64,000 bases of DNA, from assembly GCA_965218975.1 (NCBI GenBank), contig OZ244717.1, positions 256,001-320,000 on the forward strand, given 5' to 3'. This document shows positions 1-10,394 of the stretch, piece after piece. The position numbers and the translations under genes are program-made. A model generated the notes under the pieces. That model was not told the DNA's origin and searched no databases. It worked only from the letters and a program-made list of their open reading frames with translations. Each line of letters begins with the position of its first letter. Position 1 is the stretch's first letter. This DNA comes from Candidatus Oxydemutatoraceae bacterium (GTDB lineage Bacteria > Pseudomonadota > Gammaproteobacteria > Poriferisulfidales > Oxydemutatoraceae).

Positions 1-281
1 TGATGCAGAGCAAGTATCTTAGTACATTCGGCATCAACTCTGACCTCCATGATATTCACTTTATGATCAGACTGAGCAACGTGTTTCGCTTGCTTAACGT
101 CTCCTTTATGCAATGCAGCAATCACTTCAGAGAGTCGCTTTTCAACTAGTCCGGCCATTTCCAAAACCAAACTACACATTGCCTCTAAGTCATCAGAGAA
201 TTGAGTCGCAGTATGGCTGCCGATCTCACCTATTGAATGAGGAAAATTGTCAATCGGATTTTTAATTTCACCTGAACTCAT
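1..281 (-). CDS. phoU: Phosphate signalling protein PhoU, 5' part (runs off window)
   Basis: Own translation from ATG at 281: MSSGEIKN...QFSDDLEAMCSLVLEMAGLVEKRLSEVIAALHKGDVKQAKHVAQSDHKVNIMEVRVDAECTKILALH, a PhoU-like helical repeat; divergent from pstC. Confidence 0.85.
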   Translation of the reverse strand, partial: MSSGEIKNPIDNFPHSIGEIGSHTATQFSDDLEAMCSLVLEMAGLVEKRLSEVIAALHKGDVKQAKHVAQSDHKVNIMEVRVDAECTKILALH

Positions 282-324
282 GCTGATATTGTTATATATT
301 ATAAGAAAAGGCACAAGCTTTACC

Positions 325-353
325 GTGTCATGAATATGACACATTTATTACAT
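325..353. promoter_or_regulatory. Candidate Pho box (PhoB site)
   Basis: GTGTCAT-gaat-ATGACAC-attt-ATTACAT: 7-mers at 11-bp spacing resembling CTGTCAT; first two form an inverted repeat; lies between phoU and pstC. Confidence 0.55.
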
Positions 354-405
354 AGAATTCATTTTTCAATCATTTGGCGCTTAACAATAGTGAAACTAAT
401 TTTCA

Positions 406-1770
406 GTGAATAGTTGGAACTTTATTATTTTGAGCTTGGCCGTCGGCACTGTTTGCTTCTTATTAAGCAATCGGCGCATCGTCGGCGCTGAGGCAAGCGG
501 CGTTCAATTCCCCTCGCGTCCTATTTACTATAACTGGTATTGTGCTTTGTGGTGCATTGTCCCTGCACTGATCGTACTCGCAATATGGCACTGGGCTGAG
601 ACATATATACTTGATTATTTTATTTCGCTTGAATTGACAGAGGTTAAAAATCTTTCTAAACGAAGTATGCTACTCGGACAAATACCGCAGATGGCAGACG
701 GCACAATTAAGCCTAACCCTAAAGCCACAGCCGCTATTGCCGCCTACCAGAATTTGCGACATACCAGCAATGCTGCGCTTACGGTTGTTTTTCTAATCAT
801 ACTCGCTATCGGAGCCGGCTGGGGATTAAGCCGAGTGCGGCAGAGTAGCATTAATGCACAAATAAAAATTGAGAAATTCCTGAAGCTGATACTTCTAACT
901 TGTTCGGTCGTCGCAGTTTTTACCACCATTGGAATCGTGTTATCGGTTTTGTTCGAAAGTTTAAGATTCTTTCAGTTAGTATCCCCGTTTGAGTTTTTTT
1001 TCAGCACAACTTGGAGTCCGCAAACAGCAATTCGTCCGGATCAAGTCGGTTCCAGCGGTTCATTCGGTGCGGTGCCATTATTTACCGGCACGCTACTGAT
1101 CACGGGAATCGTCATGTTGGTATCCGTACCCATCGGATTGATGACGGCATTGTACTTATCGGAACTTGCGCACCCGCGCACTCGCGCGATTGTCAAACCT
1201 CTACTTGAAATACTTGCGGGGATACCAACCGTTGTTTATGGATTCTTTGCCGTACTCGCCGTTGCCCCGCTAATTCGAGATCTGGGCAATTCGCTGGGAT
1301 TGCAAACCTCCTCGGAAAGCGCGTTAGCGGCAGGTTTGGTCATGGGTATTATGATTATCCCGTTTATCTCATCGTTATCCGATGACGTGATCAATGCCGT
1401 TCCTCAATCGTTGCGCGACGGATCTTACGCGCTAGGGGCGACACACGCGGAAACTATTCTGAAAGTTATCTTCTTGGCGGCATTACCGGGGATTGTCGGC
1501 AGTATTTTGCTGGCAATTTCACGTGCAATCGGTGAAACTATGATCGTTGTTATGGCGGCAGGGCTTGCGGCAAACTTGACTGCTAACCCGCTGGAATCCG
1601 TCACAACCGTCACAGTCCAAATCGTCACTTTATTAAAAGGCGATCAGGAATTTGACAGCCCCAAAACTTTGGCAGCCTTCGCGCTGGGATTGACGCTATT
1701 TTTTATCACATTAGTACTCAATGTCATCGCATTAAAAGTGGTACGGAAATATCGTGAAAAATACGAATAA
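406..1770 (+). CDS. pstC: Phosphate ABC transporter permease PstC
   Basis: LAGIPTVVYGFF and SRAIGETMIV motifs; N-terminal extension; first gene of pstCAB. Confidence 0.93.
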   Translation: MNSWNFIILSLAVGTVCFLLSNRRIVGAEASGVQFPSRPIYYNWYCALWCIVPALIVLAIWHWAETYILDYFISLELTEVKNLSKRSMLLGQIPQMADGTIKPNPKATAAIAAYQNLRHTSNAALTVVFLIILAIGAGWGLSRVRQSSINAQIKIEKFLKLILLTCSVVAVFTTIGIVLSVLFESLRFFQLVSPFEFFFSTTWSPQTAIRPDQVGSSGSFGAVPLFTGTLLITGIVMLVSVPIGLMTALYLSELAHPRTRAIVKPLLEILAGIPTVVYGFFAVLAVAPLIRDLGNSLGLQTSSESALAAGLVMGIMIIPFISSLSDDVINAVPQSLRDGSYALGATHAETILKVIFLAALPGIVGSILLAISRAIGETMIVVMAAGLAANLTANPLESVTTVTVQIVTLLKGDQEFDSPKTLAAFALGLTLFFITLVLNVIALKVVRKYREKYE

Positions 1771-3028
1771 CCAGTTGACCCAAACCGTTTTATCTCGTCA
1801 ATTCCAGCGGCGTTTGGCAAAAAACCAACGTTTCAAATGGTATGGCGTCTTATCTATCGGTCTGGCAATTAGTTTCTTGTTGATAATTTTTATGGTTATT
1901 TTAGGAAACGGATACAGTGTCTTGCGACAAACAAGTATTGAATTGGAACTGGATTTTTCCGATCTTCGTTATGACCCGGCAAATCCGGCCCGAACCGATT
2001 TCAGCTTACCGATTAAACAAGCGCTATATAGGATGTTCCCGGAAGCGCAGTCGCGCGAAGATAAATTACAATTGCGCGCGTTATTGAGCCGTCATGCTCA
2101 ATACGAATTACGCAATGCGGTAGAGGATAATCCTTCCTTGCTCAATAAAAAAATAAATTTTCGTTTTACTGCGGACAGCGAAGTTGATTTGTACAGGAAA
2201 GGGAAAATAGATATTGATTTGCCCGAATCGGACCGGCGCATCAGCAATCGACAAATTGAATGGATAAACACATTGATTGCTGAAAACAAACTTCAACTAT
2301 CATTCAATACTAATTTTTTTACCTCCGGATCATCGCGTAATCCGGAACAAGCCGGAATACTCGCCGCATTAATCGGTTCGCTTTATGCGATGATGATTAC
2401 ATTTGTACTGGCATTTCCTTTAGGCATCGGGGCGGCGATTTATCTTGAAGAATTTGCTCCTTCGAACCGATTCACCGATTTGATTGAAGTCAACATCAAT
2501 AACCTCGCCGCAGTTCCTTCGATTATTTTTGGCCTGTTAGGGCTGGCAATTTTTATCAACTTTTTTGATTTGCCAAGATCCACTCCGCTAGTCGGCGGTA
2601 TCGTGTTGGCATTGATGACATTACCGACAATCATTATTTCGAGCCGTGCCGCGATTAAAGCGGTACCGTGTTCCATACGCGAAGCGGCTTTTGGCCTTGG
2701 CGCATCGCACATGCAGGTTATTTTTCATCACATCGTTCCGTTAGCAATGCCGGGCATGTTGACCGGATCAATTATCGGAATGGCGCAAGCTCTAGGTGAA
2801 AGCGCACCATTGATGATGATCGGAATGGTCGCATTTATCGCCGACATCCCCAACAACATCACTGACCCTTCAACAGCGCTCCCAGTGCAAATTTTCATGT
2901 GGTCAAAGTACCCGGAGGCCGGTTTTGCCGAACGAGCCGCAGGTGCGATTATCGTGCTTTTGATAATGTTGTTTACGATCAACGCATTTGCAATATTTCT
3001 TAGAAAACGTCTGGAAAAACGCTGGTAA
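1754..3028 (+). CDS. pstA: Phosphate ABC transporter permease PstA
   Basis: NLAAVPSIIFGLLGL, EAAFGLGAS, QALGESAP motifs. Confidence 0.93.
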   Translation: MKNTNNQLTQTVLSRQFQRRLAKNQRFKWYGVLSIGLAISFLLIIFMVILGNGYSVLRQTSIELELDFSDLRYDPANPARTDFSLPIKQALYRMFPEAQSREDKLQLRALLSRHAQYELRNAVEDNPSLLNKKINFRFTADSEVDLYRKGKIDIDLPESDRRISNRQIEWINTLIAENKLQLSFNTNFFTSGSSRNPEQAGILAALIGSLYAMMITFVLAFPLGIGAAIYLEEFAPSNRFTDLIEVNINNLAAVPSIIFGLLGLAIFINFFDLPRSTPLVGGIVLALMTLPTIIISSRAAIKAVPCSIREAAFGLGASHMQVIFHHIVPLAMPGMLTGSIIGMAQALGESAPLMMIGMVAFIADIPNNITDPSTALPVQIFMWSKYPEAGFAERAAGAIIVLLIMLFTINAFAIFLRKRLEKRW

Positions 3029-3037
3029 GGACAACAA

Positions 3038-3844
3038 ATGGAAATCATTGACGAAAACTTCGTGACAGTCGGCAATGTAAAAGCGGACAACCCGAGAATG
3101 CAAATTCGTGATGTGAATGTGCACTATGGCGAAAAACATGCCATTAAAAATGCCACTCTGGAGATCGGTGAACATCAAGTAACCGCAATGATTGGCCCTT
3201 CGGGTTGCGGTAAATCAACTTTGCTGCGTTGCCTGAATAGAATGAACGATACGATACCTGATTGTCGAGTCACCGGCGACATTCTGCTGGACGGCAAATC
3301 TATCAACAGTGCGGAAACCAATGTTTTTGCATTACGCACTCGCGTCGGAATGGTGTTTCAAAAACCCAATCCTTTCCCTAAATCGATTTATGATAATGTC
3401 GCTTATGGCCCGCGCATTCACGGTTTGGCAGCAAATCGTGCCGAATTGGATGATGTTGTCCGCACCAGTTTGGAAAAAGCCGGATTATTAGACGAAGTCG
3501 ATAATAGACTGGATTTACCCGGAACCAGCTTATCGGGCGGACAACAACAGCGTCTTTGCATTGCCCGAACTATTGCAATCAATCCGGAAGTAATTCTGAT
3601 GGATGAACCATGCTCGGCTTTGGATCCGATTGCCACCGCCAAAATTGAAGAATTAATTAATGAGTTGAGGGAAAACTATACCATCGTCATCGTGACGCAC
3701 TCAATGCAACAAGCGGCAAGGATCTCCCAACGTACCGCATATTTCCACCTTGGGCATTTGGTGGAGATGGATGATACCGACACAATATTCACCAATCCGA
3801 AGCACCATTTGGCCGAGGAGTACATTACCGGCCGCTTCGGCTAA
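3038..3844 (+). CDS. pstB: Phosphate ABC transporter ATPase PstB
   Basis: [45 protein letters not shown]-terminal YITGRFG. Confidence 0.97.
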   Translation: MEIIDENFVTVGNVKADNPRMQIRDVNVHYGEKHAIKNATLEIGEHQVTAMIGPSGCGKSTLLRCLNRMNDTIPDCRVTGDILLDGKSINSAETNVFALRTRVGMVFQKPNPFPKSIYDNVAYGPRIHGLAANRAELDDVVRTSLEKAGLLDEVDNRLDLPGTSLSGGQQQRLCIARTIAINPEVILMDEPCSALDPIATAKIEELINELRENYTIVIVTHSMQQAARISQRTAYFHLGHLVEMDDTDTIFTNPKHHLAEEYITGRFG

Positions 3845-3870
3845 GGTTAAAACGCAAATAATCGTTCCCG

Positions 3871-5151
3871 TCAATTCAGGCGTAAATTGCTAGCGGAAAA
3901 CTTACACAGGAAGGTGCTACCCTCTCCCACAACGCTTTGGATGTCAAGCTCGGCGTTATGCCGCTTCAGCACATGTTTGACAATGGCAAGTCCGAGGCCG
4001 GTCCCTCCGGCTTCATGAGAACGTCCTTCATCAACGCGATATAAGCGTTCGGTCAGACGAGGAATATGTTTGGCGGCGATACCGCAACCTTCATCCGATA
4101 CTGAAAAATAACCATGCGTATCATCGGTATGCCAACGCAAGGTCACCTTGCCTTGTGACGGCGAATAACGCAATGCATTATGTACTAAATTAAAAAATGC
4201 GCTTCTGAGCTCAAAAAAACTCCCGTAAAGACAAGCATCGGATTCTATCCGCTTTTCCAAAACACATCGTTTCTCAATGAAAAGCATCTTTGCACTACCA
4301 CTCACTTCGTCAACTAATCGAGCGACGTCGATAACTTCAAGCTCCTTATCGGTTAAGGGCGAATCTTCCAGTTTCTCAAGTGAAACCGTATCATTGATGA
4401 TATATTCCATTTGATTGACATGCCGGACGATTTCCTTGGTGGCTGCGGCCAATTGCTCAGGCTCAACCAATTGCTCAGGTTCGACAGGTAATGCATCCTT
4501 TAAAATTTCCGCATACCCCTTAATAACTGTCAGAGGTGAACGCAACTCGTGTGACATATTGCTCAACAACTCGCGACGCACTTTTTCCAAATGATGCAAA
4601 CGTGTCACATCTTGAATAATCACGAGTTGTCTATTCTGAAAGTCACTCACATGAACCATCAATTTTTTGGCGCCAAGACGCAGTACTACTGCTTCCTCAC
4701 TTTGGCTAGTTTGCAGACATTCGGCAAAGTCCGGTTCTCTTAACAAGTGAGTGATATTTCTTCCCACATCTTGAGATTTGAGATTGATCATTTGCATTGC
4801 ATGATCGTTGAACCATTCGATATGATGATTTTCTGTAAGTTGAATGATACCGAAAGGCAAGGTTGCAATTCCATCGCGAAAATGTTGCAGAATTCTCGCT
4901 TGGTTCACTTTTAACTTTTCATTCTGCAGGCGGTTGATCCGGGCGCAGATTTCATTCCAGGCATGATGGAATGTCTCCGTCGGTTGATGTCCTAATTTCA
5001 AACAAGCAAGTACCCGGTGTAAACAACTGACGTGCCACAAGTGCAACAAAACCGAAGCAACCAACGCGCCTAGCAAGGAATAGCCGAATTGAAAACCGAC
5101 CCAATAACCTCCCGCTATAAAAACGGCATAAATAAAAATGTCTGAGATCAC
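3871..5151 (-). CDS. phoR: Phosphate regulon sensor kinase PhoR
   Basis: PAS region, SHELRSPL H-box, RLTERLYRVDEGRS, GGTGLGLAIVKH; downstream of phoB. Confidence 0.92.
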   Translation of the reverse strand: MISDIFIYAVFIAGGYWVGFQFGYSLLGALVASVLLHLWHVSCLHRVLACLKLGHQPTETFHHAWNEICARINRLQNEKLKVNQARILQHFRDGIATLPFGIIQLTENHHIEWFNDHAMQMINLKSQDVGRNITHLLREPDFAECLQTSQSEEAVVLRLGAKKLMVHVSDFQNRQLVIIQDVTRLHHLEKVRRELLSNMSHELRSPLTVIKGYAEILKDALPVEPEQLVEPEQLAAATKEIVRHVNQMEYIINDTVSLEKLEDSPLTDKELEVIDVARLVDEVSGSAKMLFIEKRCVLEKRIESDACLYGSFFELRSAFFNLVHNALRYSPSQGKVTLRWHTDDTHGYFSVSDEGCGIAAKHIPRLTERLYRVDEGRSHEAGGTGLGLAIVKHVLKRHNAELDIQSVVGEGSTFLCKFSASNLRLN

Positions 5152-5159
5152 TGATTGCT

Positions 5160-5867
5160 TTACACCGAAGAACCTTTTGTCAGGTTACGCATACGATAAC
5201 CAAATCCGTGTACGGTTTCGACGGCTGAATGCAAGCCATAGGGGTTCAGAACTTTTCGCAGACGGCGAATATGCACATCAATCGTGCGCTCCTCGATAAA
5301 TTTATTCACCCCCCAAACATGATCCAAAATTTGCGTACGTGAATAAGCCCGCCCGGGATGCTTGATGAAAAAGAGCAGTAAGTTAAACTCGGTTGATGTA
5401 ATGGACACAACGTGATTATTAATCATCAAGCAACGTTCCGCCGGCTGCAAAGTAATCGGACCGAAAATCACCTCATCGGTAACCGCATGCGGTTTTGCTC
5501 GCCGCAGAAGAACTTTAATCCGCGTCATGACTTCTCGTGGCGAAAACGGCTTGGTAATGTAATCGTCGGCGCCGCCGAGCAATGCTTTTATCTTATCCTC
5601 TTCTTCTGTTTTGGCAGTCAGCATAATGACCGGAATATGTCGTGTTGTTTCTTGCGAGCGCAAACGCATCATCGCGTCATAACCACTCATACCGGGCATC
5701 ATCCAATCCAGCAAAATAATATCGGGCAATTTCTTATTGAGTAAATCAAAGGCTTGTTTTGCATCATTAGCGGAATAAACAACATAGCCTTCGCTTGATA
5801 AAAAAAATTTCAGCATCTGACGAACGCTAAGGTTGTCTTCAACAATTAAAGCTGAAGGACCGGGCAT
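5160..5867 (-). CDS. phoB: Response regulator PhoB
   Basis: LLDWMMPGMSG receiver, ADDYITKPFSPRE, EERTIDVHIRRLRK OmpR-type HTH. Confidence 0.93.
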   Translation of the reverse strand: MPGPSALIVEDNLSVRQMLKFFLSSEGYVVYSANDAKQAFDLLNKKLPDIILLDWMMPGMSGYDAMMRLRSQETTRHIPVIMLTAKTEEEDKIKALLGGADDYITKPFSPREVMTRIKVLLRRAKPHAVTDEVIFGPITLQPAERCLMINNHVVSITSTEFNLLLFFIKHPGRAYSRTQILDHVWGVNKFIEERTIDVHIRRLRKVLNPYGLHSAVETVHGFGYRMRNLTKGSSV

Positions 5868-6877
5868 GAATCGGAAGATTTTTTATTGAAACGTGCAAAC
5901 AGCAGAGAAAAATATTCATTTTTTGGAATGAAATGACGTACAATTTCACAGAAACTTGCGCTTAGCAAATTGTTTAATCTCTTGCAAGTGAATTTTTGGC
6001 TCACTTCAGTCAAAACATGTTCTTCTTTGTCAAAATCAACGGATAAATTTAGATCTTTCAAGTGAACCGTATGTTGCAGATTAGAAACCAAATACATTTC
6101 AACGCGTTCTTTTTCAGTATTATAAACAGCGCAGTATGAAAAATTTTTCAGGGAAAAATTAGCATTTAACTTACGGTTGAGAACATTCAGCACATTCAGG
6201 TTGAATTGCCTCGTAACACCTCCGGCATCGTCATAAGCCGCTTCGAGCACTTTCCCGGACTTAACGCGATCAACACCCATTAACAAATTGCTTCCGTCAC
6301 CCAACAGTTGTTGTATTTCGAGCAAAAACTTCAAGGATTCGTTCAGCGCCATATTTCCAATTGTGCTACCAAACAATAACGCCAAAGTGCGTTCCTGCGG
6401 AAGCTGAATATTGCTCAGCCCCGCATGATAATCACCTACCATCGGATAAACTTCCAACCACGAATAACGTTGACACAAACTCCGGCTTACTTCTTCCAAT
6501 ACTTCGGCACAAATATCCATTGGCCAGTATGTGCTATAGATTCCCTGACGTTCGCAGGCATCCAATAACATGCGGGTTTTACGCGACATGCCGCTACCAA
6601 ACTCAATAATATGCTGAGGTTTTGCCAATGCAATAATTTCATCGGCGTTATCAAGTAAAAGCTTTTCCTCAGCACGGGTCAAATAATACTCTTCAGTATC
6701 ACAAATCTCATTAAATAAGCGTGACCCTTCCTCATCATAAAGATACTTAGGAAGGAGCCGGCGCGGAGGATATCTAAAGTTGTAGTAGATGTCTTGGGTG
6801 AGAGTTGTGTTTGGTATTGTAGGCTTGATGACAACACATTCGCCTTTTTTCTCTTTTCTCTTTAGTTTGCTTTGCAT
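5846..6877 (-). CDS. egtD: L-histidine N-alpha-methyltransferase EgtD
   Basis: PKYLYDEEGSRLF, EYYLTRAE, IEFGSG, GSTIGN, AAYDDAGGVT, TEVSQKF; next to egtC/egtB. Confidence 0.92.
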   Translation of the reverse strand: MQSKLKRKEKKGECVVIKPTIPNTTLTQDIYYNFRYPPRRLLPKYLYDEEGSRLFNEICDTEEYYLTRAEEKLLLDNADEIIALAKPQHIIEFGSGMSRKTRMLLDACERQGIYSTYWPMDICAEVLEEVSRSLCQRYSWLEVYPMVGDYHAGLSNIQLPQERTLALLFGSTIGNMALNESLKFLLEIQQLLGDGSNLLMGVDRVKSGKVLEAAYDDAGGVTRQFNLNVLNVLNRKLNANFSLKNFSYCAVYNTEKERVEMYLVSNLQHTVHLKDLNLSVDFDKEEHVLTEVSQKFTCKRLNNLLSASFCEIVRHFIPKNEYFSLLFARFNKKSSDSCPVLQL

Positions 6878-6949
6878 GATATTATCCGGTCTTGAATGCG
6901 AATAAAATATTATGAGCAGCAGCCGAGCTTGTTTATGTAAAAGTCCGTC

Positions 6950-7732
6950 ATGTGCAGATTAGTCGCTTACTGCGGGAATTCAATCGCTCTAAGAGGATTG
7001 CTATTTGACCCGAATCATAGCCTGTATAAACAATCTTGGCAACCAAAGGAGATGAATTACGCGAAGCTGAATGCCGACGGTTTTGGCTTTGGTTGGTACA
7101 ACTTAAACGGCAAGGCAGTAACTTACCGTAACCCAGCGCCTATTTGGACCGACATCAATCTCGAAACATTAAGCGATGTGCTACATGCACCGTTGTGGTT
7201 GGCAATGGTACGTAGTGCGACTGCCGAATACGGCACTTCACCGCATAATCTGCAACCGTTTACGTACCGGAATTATTTATTTATGCATAATGGCTTTATT
7301 CGGGATTTCAATCAGGGCATTTTGCAAAAATTGATCGCGATATTGCCGACGAATATTATCGACAATATCCGCGGGCTGACCGATTCGGAGTATTTATTCG
7401 GATTGATTTGCTATTATCTAAACAAAGCAAACGATGATTTGCAAGCAGCGCTGACACAAACGATCGAATGGTGCAAACAGCATCTCTCCGACCACAAAGC
7501 CATGTTAAACATTATACTCAGCGATGGCATCGAGATTGTCGCGGTACGGCTTGCCATCAACGAAACGCCACCGACACTATACCTCGCGTGTAATGATCAA
7601 ACTCATCTTCCCGAAGGTGCAAAAATCATTGCATCGGAGCCATTTTCAGAAACCCAAAATTGGCAAGAAATTCTGCCGGGGGAAATGATTATCTGCCATC
7701 AACATCAGCGGCCGCGTGTTATCGGATTATGA
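6950..7732 (+). CDS. egtC: Ergothioneine biosynthesis amidohydrolase EgtC (Ntn class II GATase fold)
   Basis: N-terminal MCRL nucleophile, NADGFGFGWY, VRSAT, FMHNG, TDSEY, ASEP. Confidence 0.88.
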   Translation: MCRLVAYCGNSIALRGLLFDPNHSLYKQSWQPKEMNYAKLNADGFGFGWYNLNGKAVTYRNPAPIWTDINLETLSDVLHAPLWLAMVRSATAEYGTSPHNLQPFTYRNYLFMHNGFIRDFNQGILQKLIAILPTNIIDNIRGLTDSEYLFGLICYYLNKANDDLQAALTQTIEWCKQHLSDHKAMLNIILSDGIEIVAVRLAINETPPTLYLACNDQTHLPEGAKIIASEPFSETQNWQEILPGEMIICHQHQRPRVIGL

Positions 7733-8910
7733 ATCTTGCCACGTCAAACGTCATGCGCAGGAAACACCCGATTGAGCATCTGGCATCATTACAATCCCGA
7801 CTGATTGCAATAACCGGTCGGTTCAACGACCGCGACTACCGCCGACAGTTCTATTCCGACACGAGTCCCGCCGGATGGCATTTGGGACATACCGTTTTTG
7901 TGGAAAATTTCTGGATTCATGAAACCATACTCGGCAAGCCGAGTTCACCTGCTACCCGACAACTATACTTGCCGGAAAACAGCCCTCGCAGTTGCCGCGG
8001 CGAGCAATTACCAAGTAAGAAGGAACTTCTGGACAGCAACGCAAAGCGACAACAAGAAAACCTGATTTTACTACAGGGTCCGCCGCGCGAACTGAGAGAC
8101 CATACGTTAATGAAAAACAACTATCTTGTTTTATTTTTAGCGCAGCATCATGCCATGCACCTGGAAACTCTGTATATGATTATGACCGAGCGCAATTTAC
8201 GAAATAATTATCGCGATTATCGCCCGACACAAAAGTTAAGCGCGCGAAAAATTGTCAGAGCAAGCGACAGCTTCACCGGCGGACAGTATCGGGTCGGAAT
8301 GCAAAAACCTGAATGCTTTGATAATGAAATGCCGCCGTTTGAATGTAATTTGCCGGATTTCTCCATCCAAAAAACTCCCGTCAGCAATGCCGAATTTCTA
8401 GGGTTTATTCACGCCGGCGGATACTACAATTCTCATTATTGGAGCACCACCGGTTGGCAATGGCGAATTCAAACGAAAGTGTGCGCACCGCATCATTGGC
8501 GCGCTAACGATGCCGGTGATTGGTTCGGCATTAACGATACCGGACCTTATACTCTGTTACCCGATGCACCGGTATACGGTATCAGTTATTATGAAGCCGA
8601 AGCTTTTGCCGAATGGGCAAAAGCGCGCTTGCCGCATGAGCATGAGATTGAAGTCGCGCAACGATCCGGCAATATGCCTGTAACTACCACTGTATGGGAA
8701 TGGTGCCGTAACACTTTTCATCCATACGCCGGGTTTAAACCGTTCCCTTATGAACGCTACTCAACACCCTGGTTTGATCACCGTCATTTCGTGCTTAAAG
8801 GCGGCAGCCACCACACCGATAAGATACTCAAACGTCCTTCTATCAGAAACTTTTATACGGCGGAAAAACGGCATATTTTCTCGGGATTACGGCTTGCTTT
8901 TGACAAATGA
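7729..8910 (+). CDS. egtB: Hercynine sulfoxide synthase EgtB (DinB + FGE-like domains)
   Basis: SPAGWHLGH and QHHAMHLET iron ligands, FDNE, VWEW, YERYSTPWF, RNFY; ATG 7729 overlaps egtC stop (ATGA). Confidence 0.88.
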   Translation: MNLATSNVMRRKHPIEHLASLQSRLIAITGRFNDRDYRRQFYSDTSPAGWHLGHTVFVENFWIHETILGKPSSPATRQLYLPENSPRSCRGEQLPSKKELLDSNAKRQQENLILLQGPPRELRDHTLMKNNYLVLFLAQHHAMHLETLYMIMTERNLRNNYRDYRPTQKLSARKIVRASDSFTGGQYRVGMQKPECFDNEMPPFECNLPDFSIQKTPVSNAEFLGFIHAGGYYNSHYWSTTGWQWRIQTKVCAPHHWRANDAGDWFGINDTGPYTLLPDAPVYGISYYEAEAFAEWAKARLPHEHEIEVAQRSGNMPVTTTVWEWCRNTFHPYAGFKPFPYERYSTPWFDHRHFVLKGGSHHTDKILKRPSIRNFYTAEKRHIFSGLRLAFDK

Positions 8911-9005
8911 CGGGAAAATAGCATATAAAAGGGAACCAAATAAAAGCACATACCGTGTAAAAGCTCTATTACTAAACAGATAAACGAACTGATCCGGAAA
9001 ATATT

Positions 9006-10394
9006 ATGGAGCAATCGCTGAACGATTTATTCAATCTGCTTGAGCGCGCTTTGATCGAAACCAACGAAATCGCTTGGGGACCGGTGATGCCGATCACGTT
9101 GCTTGCTGTCGGCACATACTTAACATTCGGCTTGCAGTTTATGCCCTGGCGCTATATCGGTGTTGGTTTCAAACAAGCTTTCTTGGGACACAAAGCGACC
9201 ACCGAGAAAGGACAGATTACGCCGCTGCGTTCACTAGCTACGGCGTTATCGGCAACTATCGGCAGCGGCAATATTGCCGGAGTGACGGTTGCCATATTAA
9301 TCGGAGGCCCCGGCGCTATTTTTTGGATGTGGGTGACCGCACTGCTTGGCATGGCAACCAAATATGCCGAAGCAGTCCTTGCAGTACATTACCGCGAAAT
9401 CGATACCCAAAATAATTATATCGGGGGCCCAATGTATTACATTAAAAACGGACTCTCTGAAAAGTGGCATATTCTTGCTTTTCTGTTCGCTTTATTCGGA
9501 ACGGTCGCGGGATTTGGTATTGGAAACATGACGCAGAGCAACTCGGTAACCGACTCGGTGCAATTTATCTTGCAACCCGCCGTGCAAATACCTGACTGGA
9601 GTATCGGCGTATTCATGGCCGCTATTGTCGGCTTTGTTATCATCGGCGGCATCAAACGTATCGCTAGATTTGCGGCAAAGCTGGTTCCCTTGATGGCATT
9701 GATTTATCTTTCTATCGGAATTATCTATATTCTGATGAATCTTGCCGAAGTGCCGTCTGCGTTTACGTTAATTATTGACAGCGCATTTAACGGCATCGCC
9801 GCAACCGGAGGATTTGCCGGTGCGACGGTTTGGGCGGCAATCCGCTTCGGTGTCGCACGCGGCATTTTTTCAAATGAAGCGGGATTGGGTTCGGCACCCA
9901 TCGCCCATGCCGCAGCAAAAACGGATAGCCCGGTGCGGCAAGGCAGCATTGCCATGCTCGGCACTTTTATTGACACCATCATTATCTGCACAATCACCGC
10001 GCTGGTTATTCTGTTAAGCGGCGCATGGACGATGGGCAATGTCCTTGAAGGTGTCGCCATTGCCAATAAGGCATTTGAAACTATTTTCACCGGAGGGAGC
10101 TATGTTGTAACCGTTTCGTTGATTTTGTTTTCTTTTACCACAATTCTCGGTTGGAGCTATTATAGCGAACGCTGTTTTTGTTATTTGTTTAATGTGAAAT
10201 ATGTCGTCATATTTCGCGTCTTTTGGGTATTAGCAGTTGTTGTGGGGGCATCAATCCAGCTGAACTTCGTATGGCTGCTATCAGATACGATGAATGCACT
10301 GATGGCATTACCAAATCTGGTTGCATTACTGTTATTAAGTCCGATAGTCTTTAAGCTGACACGGCGCGACCTCCCTCTCCTGCGCACAAGCTGA
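9006..10394 (+). CDS. Alanine/glycine:cation symporter (AGCS family)
   Basis: ATIGSGNIAGV, GGPGAIFWMW, GGPMYYI, RGIFSNEAGLGSAPIAHAAA. Confidence 0.93.
   Translation: MEQSLNDLFNLLERALIETNEIAWGPVMPITLLAVGTYLTFGLQFMPWRYIGVGFKQAFLGHKATTEKGQITPLRSLATALSATIGSGNIAGVTVAILIGGPGAIFWMWVTALLGMATKYAEAVLAVHYREIDTQNNYIGGPMYYIKNGLSEKWHILAFLFALFGTVAGFGIGNMTQSNSVTDSVQFILQPAVQIPDWSIGVFMAAIVGFVIIGGIKRIARFAAKLVPLMALIYLSIGIIYILMNLAEVPSAFTLIIDSAFNGIAATGGFAGATVWAAIRFGVARGIFSNEAGLGSAPIAHAAAKTDSPVRQGSIAMLGTFIDTIIICTITALVILLSGAWTMGNVLEGVAIANKAFETIFTGGSYVVTVSLILFSFTTILGWSYYSERCFCYLFNVKYVVIFRVFWVLAVVVGASIQLNFVWLLSDTMNALMALPNLVALLLLSPIVFKLTRRDLPLLRTS

Noticed and set aside
7729-8910. Selenoneine (SenA) or ovothiol (OvoA) synthase
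   Set aside because: No senB/selD neighbours, no C-terminal methyltransferase domain; egtC and egtD are adjacent
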